This document shows, one piece after another, positions 38,979 through 51,952 of a DNA stretch of 64,000 bases. The stretch covers positions 868,001 through 932,000 of the forward strand of contig NW_027590140.1 of NCBI RefSeq assembly GCF_964213995.1, written 5' to 3'. The DNA is from Mustelus asterias (lineage: Eukaryota). The notes beneath the pieces were generated by a model that was not told the DNA's origin, did not search any database, and saw nothing but the letters and a program-made list of their open reading frames with translations. A program made the position numbers and the translations under genes. Every line of letters begins with the position of its first letter. Position 1 is the stretch's first letter.

Positions 38979-40758
38979 AACTGCCTGCAATGGTTTTAAT
39001 CTCGCCTATCTATGGTAACTTGGCGCATTTTTTTCAATTTCAGCGGGGTTTTTTTGTATTCCAGGGACAAGTCCGTCTGACAAGAGCCTCTTGCTATAAA
39101 CAAATTTCCTGCGGACGCTGGAATCTGAAACAAGATCAAAAAATGCCAGAAAATCTCAACTGGTCTGAAAGCCTCTGTGAAGAGAGAATAGAGCTAACGT
39201 TCAAAGTCAGGATGACCTTCGTCAGAGCTGAAGACAAAGAAACGTGGACGAGATTTATACTGTAATGGTGAGGGATATGGGTGAGGGGTGGGTGGCAAAG
39301 GTGTCACATATCAATCAAGAAAAACAAAAAGGCAAATTAAATGGTGGTGATCATGGCTGAGAAGGGAGCTGCAGGCTGCGCATTTAGAGATCAGAATGTG
39401 CAAATGGCAGAACAAAGGAAATGTAGGATTTGGCCCGAGTGGGACGGAGGGAGAGGGGGCAACAAGATGGAAAGTGAGATTTTAAATAAACAGTGCAAAA
39501 CATGGAAATCAAAAAAATAAATATAGATATAAAAGAAAAAATATTAATTAATAAAAATAAATTGCATAAAATTAAATAAAACAAAATTAATGGAAATGGG
39601 GTGAAGATGGAGGAAAGGAGATGCTCTGAAGTTGTTGAACTCAGTGTTAAGTCTGGAATGCAGTAAGATCCGAATCGTGACATCGGGGGATGTTCCTCCA
39701 GTTTGCATTGGAATGCCTCTTGATATCATTGTTTATTGCGCCTTCCGTCACCTTACTGATGATCAAGAGTAGACTGGTGGTAATGTGGGGCGTTGGATTT
39801 GACCTGATTTTTGTAAAGCGGGCAATCTTGGGCAAGTTGTAGCATTGGCGGTTGATGCCAGTGTTGTAGTTTAGGAACAGCTTAGTTGAAGGTGCGGCAA
39901 ATTCTGAAGCGCAATTCTTCAGCACCATTGCCAGAATATTTTTCAGAGCCGTAGCATTTGCTCTTTCCAATGCCTTCAAGTTTTTTTTTACTTGAAACGG
40001 TATGGAACAATGAAGTGTATCTGTTCTGTTCAGTGTCTACCCCACTCTGGCACTTTCTCTTTTCTCTCTGTAGATCTGTCTCAGTCCTTCCCTCTCTCAG
40101 TCTAACTATCCATTCCCCTTTTTTGTTTTTGTTCCATCTCTTCTCTCCCTGTTTATGTGGAACCAAATTTAACTGAATTGATTCCTGAAATGAGGCAGTA
40201 GTTGAGCTCGGAATTGATTTAAAGTGGGGGAGGAGACTCAATGGGACATGTGATCTAATCCAATTCCATTCATTTGGTTCATTGCCAATACCAGCTCTGA
40301 CAGCAATGACTTCTGCTGGTGTCCTTGATGGGAAATCTAAGACACTAAATTTAGGATATGATTTTTATGAAGGAGGGGGATCACATTCTCCCACTGTTCG
40401 ATTTTCACTTAAATTACTATAAACGTTATGAACAGCTTTGGTCAAACATGTGATTACTAAAATTTAATGCAGTGGAATGAATCATCATTCATTTTGATTC
40501 GAGGAACCAGCAGAGAGAATGTAAAGTGAGCAACTGGATAAAAGCAAATTACTGTGGATGCTGGAATCTGAAAGCAAATGTGTCACACAAAACTTTGACA
40601 AAGGGTCATCCCGACCGAAACGTCAGCTCTTTTCTCTTCGACAGATGCTGCCAGACACAATGTGATTTCCAGCGTTTTCTCTTTTTGTTAAAGTGAGCAA
40701 CCGACGGGCTTGTCGGACGAGTTTAGTTGCTCTCCCATTAAATCGGAGCTGCATCATG

Positions 40759-40832
40759 TACCCACGTTGGTATGTGGTCATCATGCTCGCTTTGCATCTC
40801 GAAAGCCCACGGTTCGAAACCAGGTAGAAACA
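40759..40832 (+). pseudogene. Val-body tRNA pseudogene (anticodon position reads TGC)
   Basis: 3' half gaaagcccacggttcgaaaccaggtagaaaca is Val-like; the acceptor stem is disrupted. Confidence 0.6.
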
Positions 40833-41504
40833 TTTCCCGATGGCTTTGTTTCAAAGTGGTTCGGATTACAGAGTTATCCTCGTTTATCACGAAACTTGAG
40901 TTGAACTATTGAGTTTTCTACGGTATTTCAAGCGGAAATAACTCAGTAAAGAATATAAAAGGGAAGGTCTGTGACAGTGAGTAAGACAACTGACACAAGG
41001 AATAACGGTCAAGGGCAACATTGGTTGGTTCCGGTTATGTTTAAACTTTGCTGCTTTTCTCAGTGTACTCCAGCTCGCTATTCCTCCCGCAGTGTCACCG
41101 CTGAAACTGAGTCTTTCTCCATCCCGCTTTGTAAATTTCACAATTACTGCTTTCTGAATGAAAACTGCTTGCAATCAGTCGAAGTCAAATAGTTTAGTAT
41201 TTCATTCATGGAGAGGTTTTCTTGTAATTTAGCCCGAGAATGTTATCCAGAAATGAGTGATATTTCTGTCAATGCAAACGGTTAAATCTGACCCATTACC
41301 ACCCAGGTTTTCCCTTGTATCACCACCTCTATCGGCAGCGTTTTGCATCATATCACTGTTTTTCACTATTTGTTTTTGTTCTTGACCTGTTGCACGTGTG
41401 ACATTTCCAACTCGGAAGTAAAAATGCAAATCTCACTCCACCGATTCTGGCAGAGCTGCTTTGGACCAGGCAGTATTGCTGGTTTGTCTATGAAAATCAT
41501 TAAA

Positions 41505-41571
41505 TCTTAACATATCGAACGCAGCCTGCGACCCTGAAAGCGCCGAATCCTAACCACGAGACCACCAGGAT
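41505..41571 (-). pseudogene. tRNA-Glu(TTC) remnant
   Basis: tgaaagcgccgaatcctaaccacgagaccaccagg is the reverse complement of the Glu 5' half. Confidence 0.7.
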
Positions 41572-41985
41572 CCCATCTGCCTGATTTTCCGAGAGACTGA
41601 TTACAGGAATATGCACAGCGCCAATTGTCCACAGTCACACACTCCTTTCTGTCTGTTAAGATTTGAAATTCTTCATATTTTCACATTGGCTTCCAGTGTG
41701 ATGAAAGCAGAGCTCTGATCAGCTGATGTTGTTCAGTAAAATTACCACAGTAATGTTGATATCTGTTCGATGCTAACATTGCTCTTTGAATGTGATCAGC
41801 TGCAGTGAAATTTAATGCAGTTGAAGGTAGCCTACTCATTTTTACAGGAGCAACCAGCCAGGGCAATGTAATGATTAATTGTTGTGGGTAATTGACGGGA
41901 TTGTACAACGGGACTGATATTTCTCCCTGCTGTTCAAATTGGCACAAGTATTGAGCGACGATTTTCAGATGGCTGCCGTGAGTTG

Positions 41986-42057
41986 GGTTTCGTGGTGTAA
42001 TGGTGAGCACTCTGGACTTTGAATCCAGCAATCCGAGTTCAAATCTCGGCGGAGCCT
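41986..42057 (+). tRNA. tRNA-Gln(TTG), probably intact
   Basis: 72 nt; acceptor GGTTTCG/CGGAGCC (two G-U pairs), anticodon stem CTGGA/TCCAG with loop CTTTGAA, T stem CCGAG/CTCGG with loop TTCAAAT. A and B boxes are intact. Confidence 0.85.
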
Positions 42058-43303
42058 TGCTTTACTTTGCAAAGGCAGATGATTGATTTGCTGAAGGGCG
42101 CTTCGTTTCAATTTCTCACAAAGCACGAATAGAGAGGACAATTTGTCAGCCAGTTCAACTGCTATTACAATGCACATTGCTGAGCCTCAGGCGCCAGATC
42201 CCTGCAACGTTAGTGTTTTTCATCTTTTCGCTGTCCTTCAACTCCTCTGTTGAAAAAAAGAAGTGGTTGGTGTCACACAATAACAATTCGACTGGAGTCT
42301 GGCAATTATTGAGCAAGTGTGTGTGCCTGAGCGTGTGTGTGCGTGAGCGTGTGTGGTGTGTGTGTGAGCGAGAAAGAGAGGGTGTGGGTGTGTGTGTGTG
42401 TTTTGGGATAAAAGTCTACTGTCTTCATTCAGATTGCTGTTGATTCCACGGGTAACTGGGTTTTGGTCTCTGCAGCTGAATTCCAGAAGTTCAGAATGAA
42501 TGCAGGAATTTGAGCCGTGTCGATTTTGGCAGGAAGAAATAGGAGAAACAGACCAATGTAAACAGTTGTTGAGGTAAAGGAGCGTGTGTGGAAGGAATGG
42601 AGCAAATTAGTGCTGATGTTGGAATCGGAAACAAGAAGGGAAAATGCTGAAAAATCTCAGCAAGCCTGGCAGCATCTGTGAGGAGAGAAGAGCTGAAGTT
42701 TCGCATTGAGATCAGCCTTGGTCAAAACTGGGGAAGGATTGGAGTTGCTCCGATAGAGAATACAAACGGGAACACAGGGTGAAAGGCTGTCTGCTGATAT
42801 AAGTAACAGGATCGCAAACATTGAGTCTGCAGTCACGGCCCAGGGGATGGATTGGGATTTTCTAACTGAGGCTCAAATCCTGTCATGTCGCTTCCCGTCA
42901 TTCCTCATTGTGACTTATTTTTATTGAAAGTAATTGAAAATAAAGAGATGATCAACTGATTGCAAGTCTCCCACATCAACGTCACTGAGAGTCTAGTGAT
43001 CAGGATCGGCGTCGTGACGCGGTTTCAATTCCCACTCACGGAGTGAATAACTTCTTGCTCAATTCTTCATTTAATGAAAACACGCCTCACAGGGTCTGTG
43101 AAGGGAGCAACATCTAATTCCTCCAGCTGGATGAACTTGCATCGGAGCTGGAAAAGTCAGAGATGTAACATTAACGATAAACTCTGAAGAAGAATCACAT
43201 GACACGCACAACATTCATGTCAGATACACACACATGTCAAATCATGTCACTTTCAAGTTGTGTCTTTTAACTTCCTGCTCTCCACTTCAGACATTTCCAC
43301 ATT

Positions 43304-44063
43304 CATAGAACATAGAACATAGAAAGCCACAGCACAAACAGGCCCTTCGGCCCACAAGTTGCGCCGATCACATCCCCACCTCTAGGCCTATCTATAGCCC
43401 TCAATCCCATTAAATCCCATGTACTCATCCAGAAGTCTCTTAAAAGACCCCAACGAGTTTGCCTCCACCACCACCGACGTCAGCCGATTCCACTCACCCA
43501 CCACCCTCTGAGTGAAAAACTTACCCCTGACATCTCCTCTGTACCTACCCCCCAGCACCTTAAACCTGTGTCCTCTCGTAGCAACCATTTCAGCCCTTGG
43601 AAATAGCCTCTGGGAGTCTACCCTATCCAGACCTCTCAACATCTTGTAAACCTCTATCAGGTCACCTCTCATCCTTCGTCTCTCCAGGGAGAAGAGACCA
43701 AGCTCCCTCAACCTATCCTCATAAGGCATGCCCCCCAATCCAGGCAACATCCTTGTAAATCTCCTCTGCACCCTTTCAATGGCTTCAACATCTTTCCTGT
43801 AATGAGGTGACCAGAACTGCGCGCAGTACTCCAAGTGGGGTCTAACCAGGGTCCTATAAAGCTGCAGCATTATCTCCCGACTCCTAAACTCAATCCCTCG
43901 ATTAATGAAGGCCAGTACGCCGTACGCCTTCTTGACCGCATCCTCCACTTGCGAGGCCGATTTAAGAGTCCTATGGACCCGGACCCCAAGGTCCTTCTGA
44001 TCCTCTACACTGCTAAGAATGGTACCCTTCATATTATACTGCTGCTTCATCCCATTGGATCTG
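43304..44063 (-). mobile_element. Young CR1 3' fragment
   Basis: Open minus ORF with DLGVRVH, LVRPHLEYC and RGDLIEVYK; (catagaa)n tail. Confidence 0.92.
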
Positions 44064-44148
44064 TCATCAAAAATTCCGACCTCAAACCCCTTCCTGTTCC
44101 TCAATCCACTGATAATGCTACACATATTGCGGGGGATTGGTAGCATTT

Positions 44149-44222
44149 GGCTCCGTAGCTCAGTGGTTAGAGCACTGGTCTTATAAACCAAGGATCGCGA
44201 GTTCAATATCTCGCTAGAGCAT
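44149..44222 (+). pseudogene. tRNA-Thr(TGT)-body pseudogene with a TAT anticodon
   Basis: ggctccgtagctcagtggttagagcactggtctTATaaacca...gcgagttc; two acceptor mismatches and an 8-nt T-loop. Confidence 0.8.
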
Positions 44223-44379
44223 GCACGTAAATTTCAGCTGATCGAAGTTTTAGGGTAGAGGCAGACAACGGGGGAACATAACAGAGGGCTTTGATAACTG
44301 GATGGCAGATCAGGTGCAATTTTTGCAGAGCGAATAGATATTCTCTTCTTCGTAAAAATAGAAAGGGCAGAACGTATTT

Positions 44380-46930
44380 GAAAAGCTGAAAATGATACTG
44401 AGAATAGAATAGATGCGTTTGTGCAAGGAATGCATAAAGTTAATACGTCGGTGCAGCAGATAATTGGAAGGGAAATGACATTTTGGTCTTTATTGCCGGC
44501 AGACTGGAGTCCAAGAATAACGAGGTGTTGCTGCAGCTGCACAGGGTTTTGTTGAGACCACATGTTGAGTATTCTGTGCAAATATGATAGTCACATTAAA
44601 AAAAAGATATGTTTGCATTGGAAACTGTAAAGAGAAGGTTCACCAGATTGTTCCCTGGGGTGAGGGAGTTATCCTCTGATGAGAGGCTGAGTAAACTGTG
44701 CTGAAATTCTCTGGAGTTTCGAAGAATAAGAGGCGATCTCATTAAACCTACACAACTCTGATTAGGTTTGAGAGGATGGAGGCTGTGAGATTTTTTTCTG
44801 CTGGTCGGGGAATCTAACCCAGTGCGGCCCAGATAAGAGGCTGATCATTTAGGGCTATGACAAGGAAAGATTCCTTCACTCATTCTCTGTACCTGACAGT
44901 TACGTATGCCCCACCATCGAGCACATTTAATTCTGGGAAACAGGTATCTAGTCCCTTGGGGAATTCAGGGATCTGGGGAGCTGGTGGAAAAACTATGTTG
45001 CAGCCCAAGATTAGCCATGATGGTATTGAGTGGTGGAAGAATCTCGATGGACCGAGTGGTCTGCTCCTCCTCCTATGATTCATGTCAGAATAAAAACAGA
45101 AAGTACTGGAAGTTCTCAGCAGGGCTTGCAACAAATGTGAAACAAGGCATAGAGTTAAGGTTCTGAGTCCAACATAACTCTTTTCAAACCAGTAACTGAG
45201 TTTGAATTATAACAATTAGCAAAACATCGAGACTAGGAATTGAATTGGATCCAGGCAGCGAAAGCCCTGAGTTTAAACTGCTGCATTATTTCTGTAGGAA
45301 AATTGTTCAGAAAAGTGTGCTGCCAACTGAACGGGTGGAGGTTTGAGAGCACCCCGAGACAAAAAACTTATTTCTGTTTCTCCTTATATTTCCGACGGAG
45401 AAACACTTTGTGTCTTTCTGCAACAGGGAAATAGTGTCCAAACTTTGCCAATCTTGATGTTATTCAGTAAATTGTCATACAAATCGATCTATGAATATTC
45501 ATTTAAAATAAAACGAGATACATTGGATCATGCTGCTGTACTTTTACAACCTATTAGAAATATGGGTTTACAGTAGCTGATAGAATTTGATGCTGCGGTT
45601 GCAGATAGAGAACTGGAACCCACCATCACAACGAGTGATTCCACTGTCTGTTTAAATGTTGATCAGTGAAAATTTCAATCATTCTCTTCTGTGTCACTAC
45701 GGATGGTGAGTCAATAAGCAATATTCACTCAACAAAGCCCGAATCAGTCAATCTTTCTCGCAACTTTCAAACATGTTGTTATTCTCTGTACCAATTGCCA
45801 TTGAGGTATACGAATAAGTGAATGCAGTTGGTGATGGCAAAAATGTGCTTACCCTCTCGGGGAACACAATCACATTGATGCACACACAAGGTAGCAATGG
45901 ATTCCAAAGGTATGAATTCATGAAAAGAAAAAGGAAATCATGTCTGACTAATTTATTAGATTTCTTCGAGAAGTCCCTCCCAGAGTGGATAGAAGGGGAC
46001 CAGGGGATGTATTGTTTTTGGACTTCCAGAAGGTGTTCAACAAGGTACCTCACAAAACGTTAACTCGTAACATAAGAGCCCATGATGTTGGGGGTAGTAT
46101 ATTTGTCGGTAGAGAATTGATGGCAGGAAGCAACAATTTAGGATAAAGGGTTTTCAGTTTGGCGACGTGTAACCGTAGGCTTCCAGCGGGATTAATATTG
46201 GGATCACAACTGTTTACAATAAATGTTAATGACTTGGAGGGAGGAAGCAAATATATCGTAGAAAAAATTTCAGACACAAAAATAGGTGGAAAGGCAAATT
46301 GCGACAGGGATACAAACAGTTGATATCGATATTGTGATAGGTTATCTAAGTAGTCGAAAAGTTGGAAAATAAAATTTAATACGGGGAAATCTAAAGGTGT
46401 TCAATTTGGATGGGAGAACAAACGAACAGAGTGCTATGCAAATAGGGTAACTGGATAACACTACCACACAAAGGGACTTAGGGGTACTTGTCCATGAAAC
46501 ACAGAAAGTTAGCAGACATGTGCAGCAATAATCAAGAAGGATAATGGGATGTTGATTTTTATTTCAAGGGTGTTGGAGTATAAGTGTAGGGAAGTTTTGC
46601 TGCAGCTGTACAAGGTATTGGTGAGACCACATCTGGAGTTCCGTCAGCAGCTTTGGTCCCCTTATTTAAAGACATATATTTTTTCATTGCAGGTAGTTCA
46701 GGGAAGGTTCACAAGGCTGATCCCGAGTATGGAGGGATTGTTTTATGAGGAAAGATTAAACAGGTTGGGACACTACTCATTGGAATTTAGAGAAATGACA
46801 TGTGCCCTCATTGAAACATAGGATTATTGAAGGTCTTGAGAGCCTAAATGCTGAGAAGATGTTTCTGCTCGTGGGAGAGTCCAGGGAGAGAGGGCATAGT
46901 TTCAGAATAAACGAGTGCTAATTTATGAGT
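44380..46930 (+). mobile_element. Old plus-strand CR1 fragments (~44380-44880 and ~45900-46930)
   Basis: Degenerate KSCLTNLLDFFE and LLQLYKVLVRPHLE motifs. Confidence 0.7.
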
Positions 46931-47149
46931 GAGATTATTTGTTCTGTTAGGTTCAACACCCTGACATATTCCATAGTAAGAAGTCTCACAGGTTAAAGAC
47001 CAACAGGTTTATTTGAAATCACGAGCTTTCAGAGTGCTGTTCCCTCATCAGGCGAGTCACCTGTTGGAATTTAACCTGCTGTTGTGAGACTTCTTAACAT
47101 GTCCACACAAATTCAACGCCAGCATCTCCACATCACGGATCCTCCATAG

Positions 47150-48600
47150 TGCATAGACACTTAGAAACGAGAAGCAAGTGTAGGCCATTCGGTCCTTTTA
47201 ACCTGCTCCGCCATTCATTTTGATCATAGTTGATTATCAAATTCAAAATCCTGATCCTGCCCTCCATCTATATCCCTTGATCCCTTTAGCCTAAAGAGCG
47301 ACATCTAGTTTCTTCATAAAATCACACAACGTTTTGGCCTCAACTACTTTCCTGTGGTAGTGAATTCCATACATTCACCACTCTCTGGCTGAAGAAATCT
47401 CTGCTCACCTCAGTCCCAAAAGGTTTAACCCTTACCCTCAAACTGCGACACTTAGTTCTGGACTCCCCCATCATCGGGAAAATTCTTTCAGAATCTATTC
47501 TGTCTAATCCTAGAGAGGGAGCACAGCAAAGGTTTAACAGGCTGATTCCTGGGATGGCAGGTTTATCATATGAAGAGAGACTAAATCGGTTAGGATTGTA
47601 TTCATAGAATCATAGAAATCATAGAAACCCTACAGTGCAGAAGGAGGCCATTCGGCCCATCGAGTCTGCACCGACCACAGTCCCACCCAGGCCCTACCCC
47701 CACATATTTTACCTGCTAATCCCTCTAACCTACGCATCCCAGGACTCTAGGGGGCAATTTATTTTTAACCTGGCCAATCAACCTAACCCGCACATCTTTG
47801 GACTTTTCACTGGAGTTTAGAAGAGTTGGAGGGGATCTCATATCAACTTATAAAATTCTAACAGGGTTAGGCAGGGTAGATTCAGGAAGTATGCTCCCAG
47901 TGATGGGGGAGTCCAGAAATAGGGGTCATAGTTTGAGGAAAAAGGGTAAGCCTGTTAGAACTGAGGTGGGAAGAAATGTCTTCACTCAGAAAGTGGTGAA
48001 TGTATAGAATTCACTACCACAGAATGTATTTGAGGCCAAAACGTTTTCTGATTTCAAGAAGAAATTAGATATAGCTCTTGGGACTAAAGGGATCAAAGCG
48101 TACGAGAGGAAGGGGGAATCAGCATATTAAGTTTGATGATCAAAATGAATGGCGGAGCAGGCTCGATGGGCCGAATAGCTTATTCCTGCTTCTAGCTTCT
48201 ATGTGTCTATGTAATCCTCTTAGAATTGTATCAGTTTCAATGAGATCTCCTCTCACTCTTTCGAACTCCAATGAACATGATCCTAACTGATTTATTCTCT
48301 GCTGAAATGACAAACCTAACATCCCAAGCAACAGCCTGGTAAACCTTCTCTGCACTCCCTCTATAGCAAGGACGTCCTTTCCAGTATAAGGACGTCAACG
48401 CTGCACAAAATACTCCAGGTGTGGCCCCGACAATGCCCGATAGAATTGCAGCAAAACATCCCTATTCTTATACTCAAATGCTCTTGCTATGAAGGCTAGC
48501 ATATCATTTTTCTTCTTTACTGCCTGCTGTAACTGCACGTTTACTTTCAGGGACTGACGCACGAGGATACCAGGCTCTCGCTGAGTATCCATCTCGCTCA
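47150..48600. mobile_element. Nested CR1(-) containing CR1(+) (~47512-48210), itself containing a SINE(-) (~47605-47800)
   Basis: CR1 motifs switch orientation across the interval; taatcct occurs on both sides of the inner CR1. Confidence 0.65.
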
Positions 48601-48614
48601 TGCTTTATCACTTT

Positions 48615-49825
48615 GAACATAAGAACATAACATAAGAAATAGGAGCAGGAGTAGGCCATCTAGCCCCTCGAGCCCGCCCCGCCATTCAATAAGATCATGG
48701 CTGATCTGACGTGGATCAGTACCACTTACCCGCCTGATCCCCATAACCCTTAATTCCCTTACCGATCAGGAATCCATCCATCCGCGCTTTAAACATATTC
48801 AGCGAGGTAGCCTCCACCACCTCAGTGGGCAGAGAATTCCAGAGATTCACCACCCTCTGGGAGAAGAAGTTCCTCCTCAACTCTGTCTTAAACCGACCCC
48901 CCTTTATTTTGAGGCTGTGTCCTCTAGTTTTAACTTCCTTACTAAGTGGAAAGAATCTCTCCGCCTCCACCCTATCCAGCCCCCGCATTATCTTATAAGT
49001 CTCCATAAGATCCCCCCTCATCCTTCTAAACTCCAACGAGTACAAACCCAATCTCCTCAGCCTCTCCTCATAATCCAAACCCCTCATCTCCGGTATCACC
49101 CTGGTGAACCTTCTCTGCACTCCCTCCAATGCCAATATATCCTTCCTCATATAAGGGGACCAATACTGCACACAGTATTCCAGCTGCGGCCTCACCAATG
49201 CCCTGTACAGGTGCATCAAGACATCCCTGCTTTTATATTCTATCCCCCTCGCGATATAGGCCAACATCCCATTTGCCTTCTTGATCACCTGTTGTACCTG
49301 CAGACTGGGCTTTTGCGTCTCATGCACAAGGACCCCCAGGTCCCTTTGCACGGTAGCATGTTTTAATTTGTTTCCATTGAGATAGTAATCCCATTTGTTA
49401 TTATTTCCTCCAAAGTGTATAACCTCGCATTTATCAACGTTATACTCCATTTGCCATATCCTCGCCCACTCACTCAGCCTGTCCAAATCTCTCTGCAGAT
49501 CTTCTCCGTCCTCCACACGATTCACTTTTCCACTTATCTTTGTGTCGTCTGCAAACTTCGTTACCCTACACTCCGTCCCCTCTTCCAGATCATCTATATA
49601 AATGGTAAATAGTTGCGGCCCGAGTACCGATCCCTGCGGCACGCCACTAGTTACCTTCCTCCAACCGGAAAAACACCCATTTATTCCGACTCTTTGCTTC
49701 CTGTCGGATAGCCAGTCCCCAATCCACTTTAACACACTACCCCCAACTCCGTGTGCCCTAATCTTCTTCAGCAGCCTTTTATGGGGCACCTTATCAAACG
49801 CCTTTTGGAAATCCAAAAACACCGC
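48615..49825 (-). mobile_element. Young CR1 RT fragment
   Basis: 368-aa open ORF with DFQKAFDKVPH, SGVPQGSVLGP and KFADDTK; (cataagaa)n tail. Confidence 0.95.
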
Positions 49826-51952
49826 ATCCCAAGATCACAAGGTTGAGCTCCTACACCCAGCTTACAAGCAAAACTGAAGCGGGAGAATCCGTCAAAGAAT
49901 GGAATTGGATAATCTGCTTGGAGTCAGTGGACTGGTCAGTATTTAAAAACTCTGGGACTAGCCTGAACGAGTCGCCACTGCAGTAACTGACTTCATTCGT
50001 AAGCATGCAGAAGACTGTGTGCAAAAAAAGCAAATCCGCGTGTTCCCCAATCGGAAACCATGGATGAACAGGGATATCCAATGCTTGCTGAAGTCCAGGT
50101 CTGAGGCATTCAAGTCAGGCGACACTGACCTTTACAAGAAAGCCATATACGATTCAAGGAGATCCGTTAAAGATGCCAAAAGACGGTACTGCACCAAACT
50201 AGAGTTCCAGGCTAGCCACACAGATCCACGCCATGTATGACAAGGTCTGCAAGACATAACAGGATACAGGATGAAGACATGTAAAATCTCGGCTCCAATG
50301 CACTCTTCCCTGACGAGCTCAATGCATTCATGCCAGTTTTGAGCAAGAGGTCAGCGAGAGCATGCCCTCCACCCTGGAAGCTCTGGATGAACCTGTATCT
50401 GGCGTCACCATTGCAGATGTCAGAGCAACTTTCTCGGAAAGCGACTGGACCAGATGGGGTACCCAGACGAGCACTGAGATCCTGCGTGGATCAGCTGGCG
50501 GGGGTATTTGCAGACATTTTAACTTCTCTTTACAACAATCTGAGGTCCCTATCTGCTTGAAGAAGACGACCAGCATCCCGGTACCTAAGAAAAACCAAGC
50601 AGAGTGCCTCAATGACTATCGTCCCGTGGCTCTGACATCCATCATTATGAAGTGCTCTGAAAGGCTAGTCATGGCACGAATCAATTCCAGCTTCCCGGCC
50701 GCCGGGGATCCACTACAGTTTGCCGATCGCTGCAACAGGCCCACAGCTGACGCCATCTCCCTGGTCCTGCACTCATCCCTGGGACACCTCGATAACAAAG
50801 ATACCTATGTCAGACTTCGATTCATTGACTACAGCTCAGCCTTCAACATCATTATTCCCACGAAACCCATCTCCAAACTCGGTGGCCTGGGCCTGGGCTC
50901 CTCCCTCTGCAACTGGATCCTGTGCTTCCTAACTCACAGACCACAATCAGGAAGGGTAGGCAACAACACATTCTCCACGATCATCCTCAACACCGGTGCC
51001 CCACAAGACTGTGTTCTCAGCCCCTTACTATACTCCTTGTACACTTATGACTGTGTGGCGAAATTCCCCTCCAATTCAATTTTCAAGTTTCTGACGACAG
51101 TACCGTTGTGGGACAGATCTCAAACAATGCCGAGACAGAGTACAGGAATCAGATAGAGAATCTTGTGAGCTGATGCGGCGGCAATAATCTCTCCCTCAAT
51201 GTCAACAAAACGAAGGAGATTGTCATCCACTTCAGGAAGCGTAGAGGAGAACCTGACCCTGTCTACATCAACGGGGACGAAATAGAAATGGTCGAGAGCT
51301 TCAAGTTTTTAGGTGTCCAGATGACCAAAAAGCTGTCCTGCACCCGCCCCACCCCCCCCTCCCGCCGCACGCCGATCTTTCGTTAAGAAAGCCGACCAAC
51401 GCCTCCACTTTCTCAGAAGACGAAGGAAATTTGGCATGTCAGCTAAGACTCTCACCAGCTTTTACAGATGCACCATAGAAAATATTATTTCTGGTTGTAT
51501 CACAGCTTGGTATGGCTCCTGTTCTGCCCAAGAAACTACAAAAGGTTGTGAATATAGCTCAATCAATCACGCAAAGCAGCCCCTCATCCATTGACTCTGT
51601 CTACACTTCCCGCTGCCTCAGCAAAGCAGCCAGCATAATTAAGGACCCCACGCATCCCGGACATTCTCTCCTCCACCTTCTTCCGTCGGGAAAAACGATA
51701 CAAAAGTCTGTGGTCACGTACCAACCGACTCAATGATAGATTCTTCCCAGCTGCCGTCAGACTTTTTAATTGACATACCTTGCATTAAGTTGATCTTTCT
51801 CTCCACGCTAGCTATGACTGTAATACTACATTCTGCACTCTCTCGTTTCCTTCTCTATGAACGGTATGCTTTGTCTGTATAGCGCGCAAAGGACAATACT
51901 TTTCACTCTATGCTAATACTTGTGACAATAATAAATCAAATCAAATCAAATC
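49826..51952 (+). mobile_element. Rex1/Babar LINE fragment
   Basis: [38 protein letters not shown] and [17 protein letters not shown]; (aaatc)n tail. Confidence 0.92.

Noticed and set aside
43388-44206. 272-aa ORF as a novel fusion protein
   Set aside because: It is a CR1 ORF2 C-terminus whose frame happens to stay open into flanking DNA and antisense tRNA.
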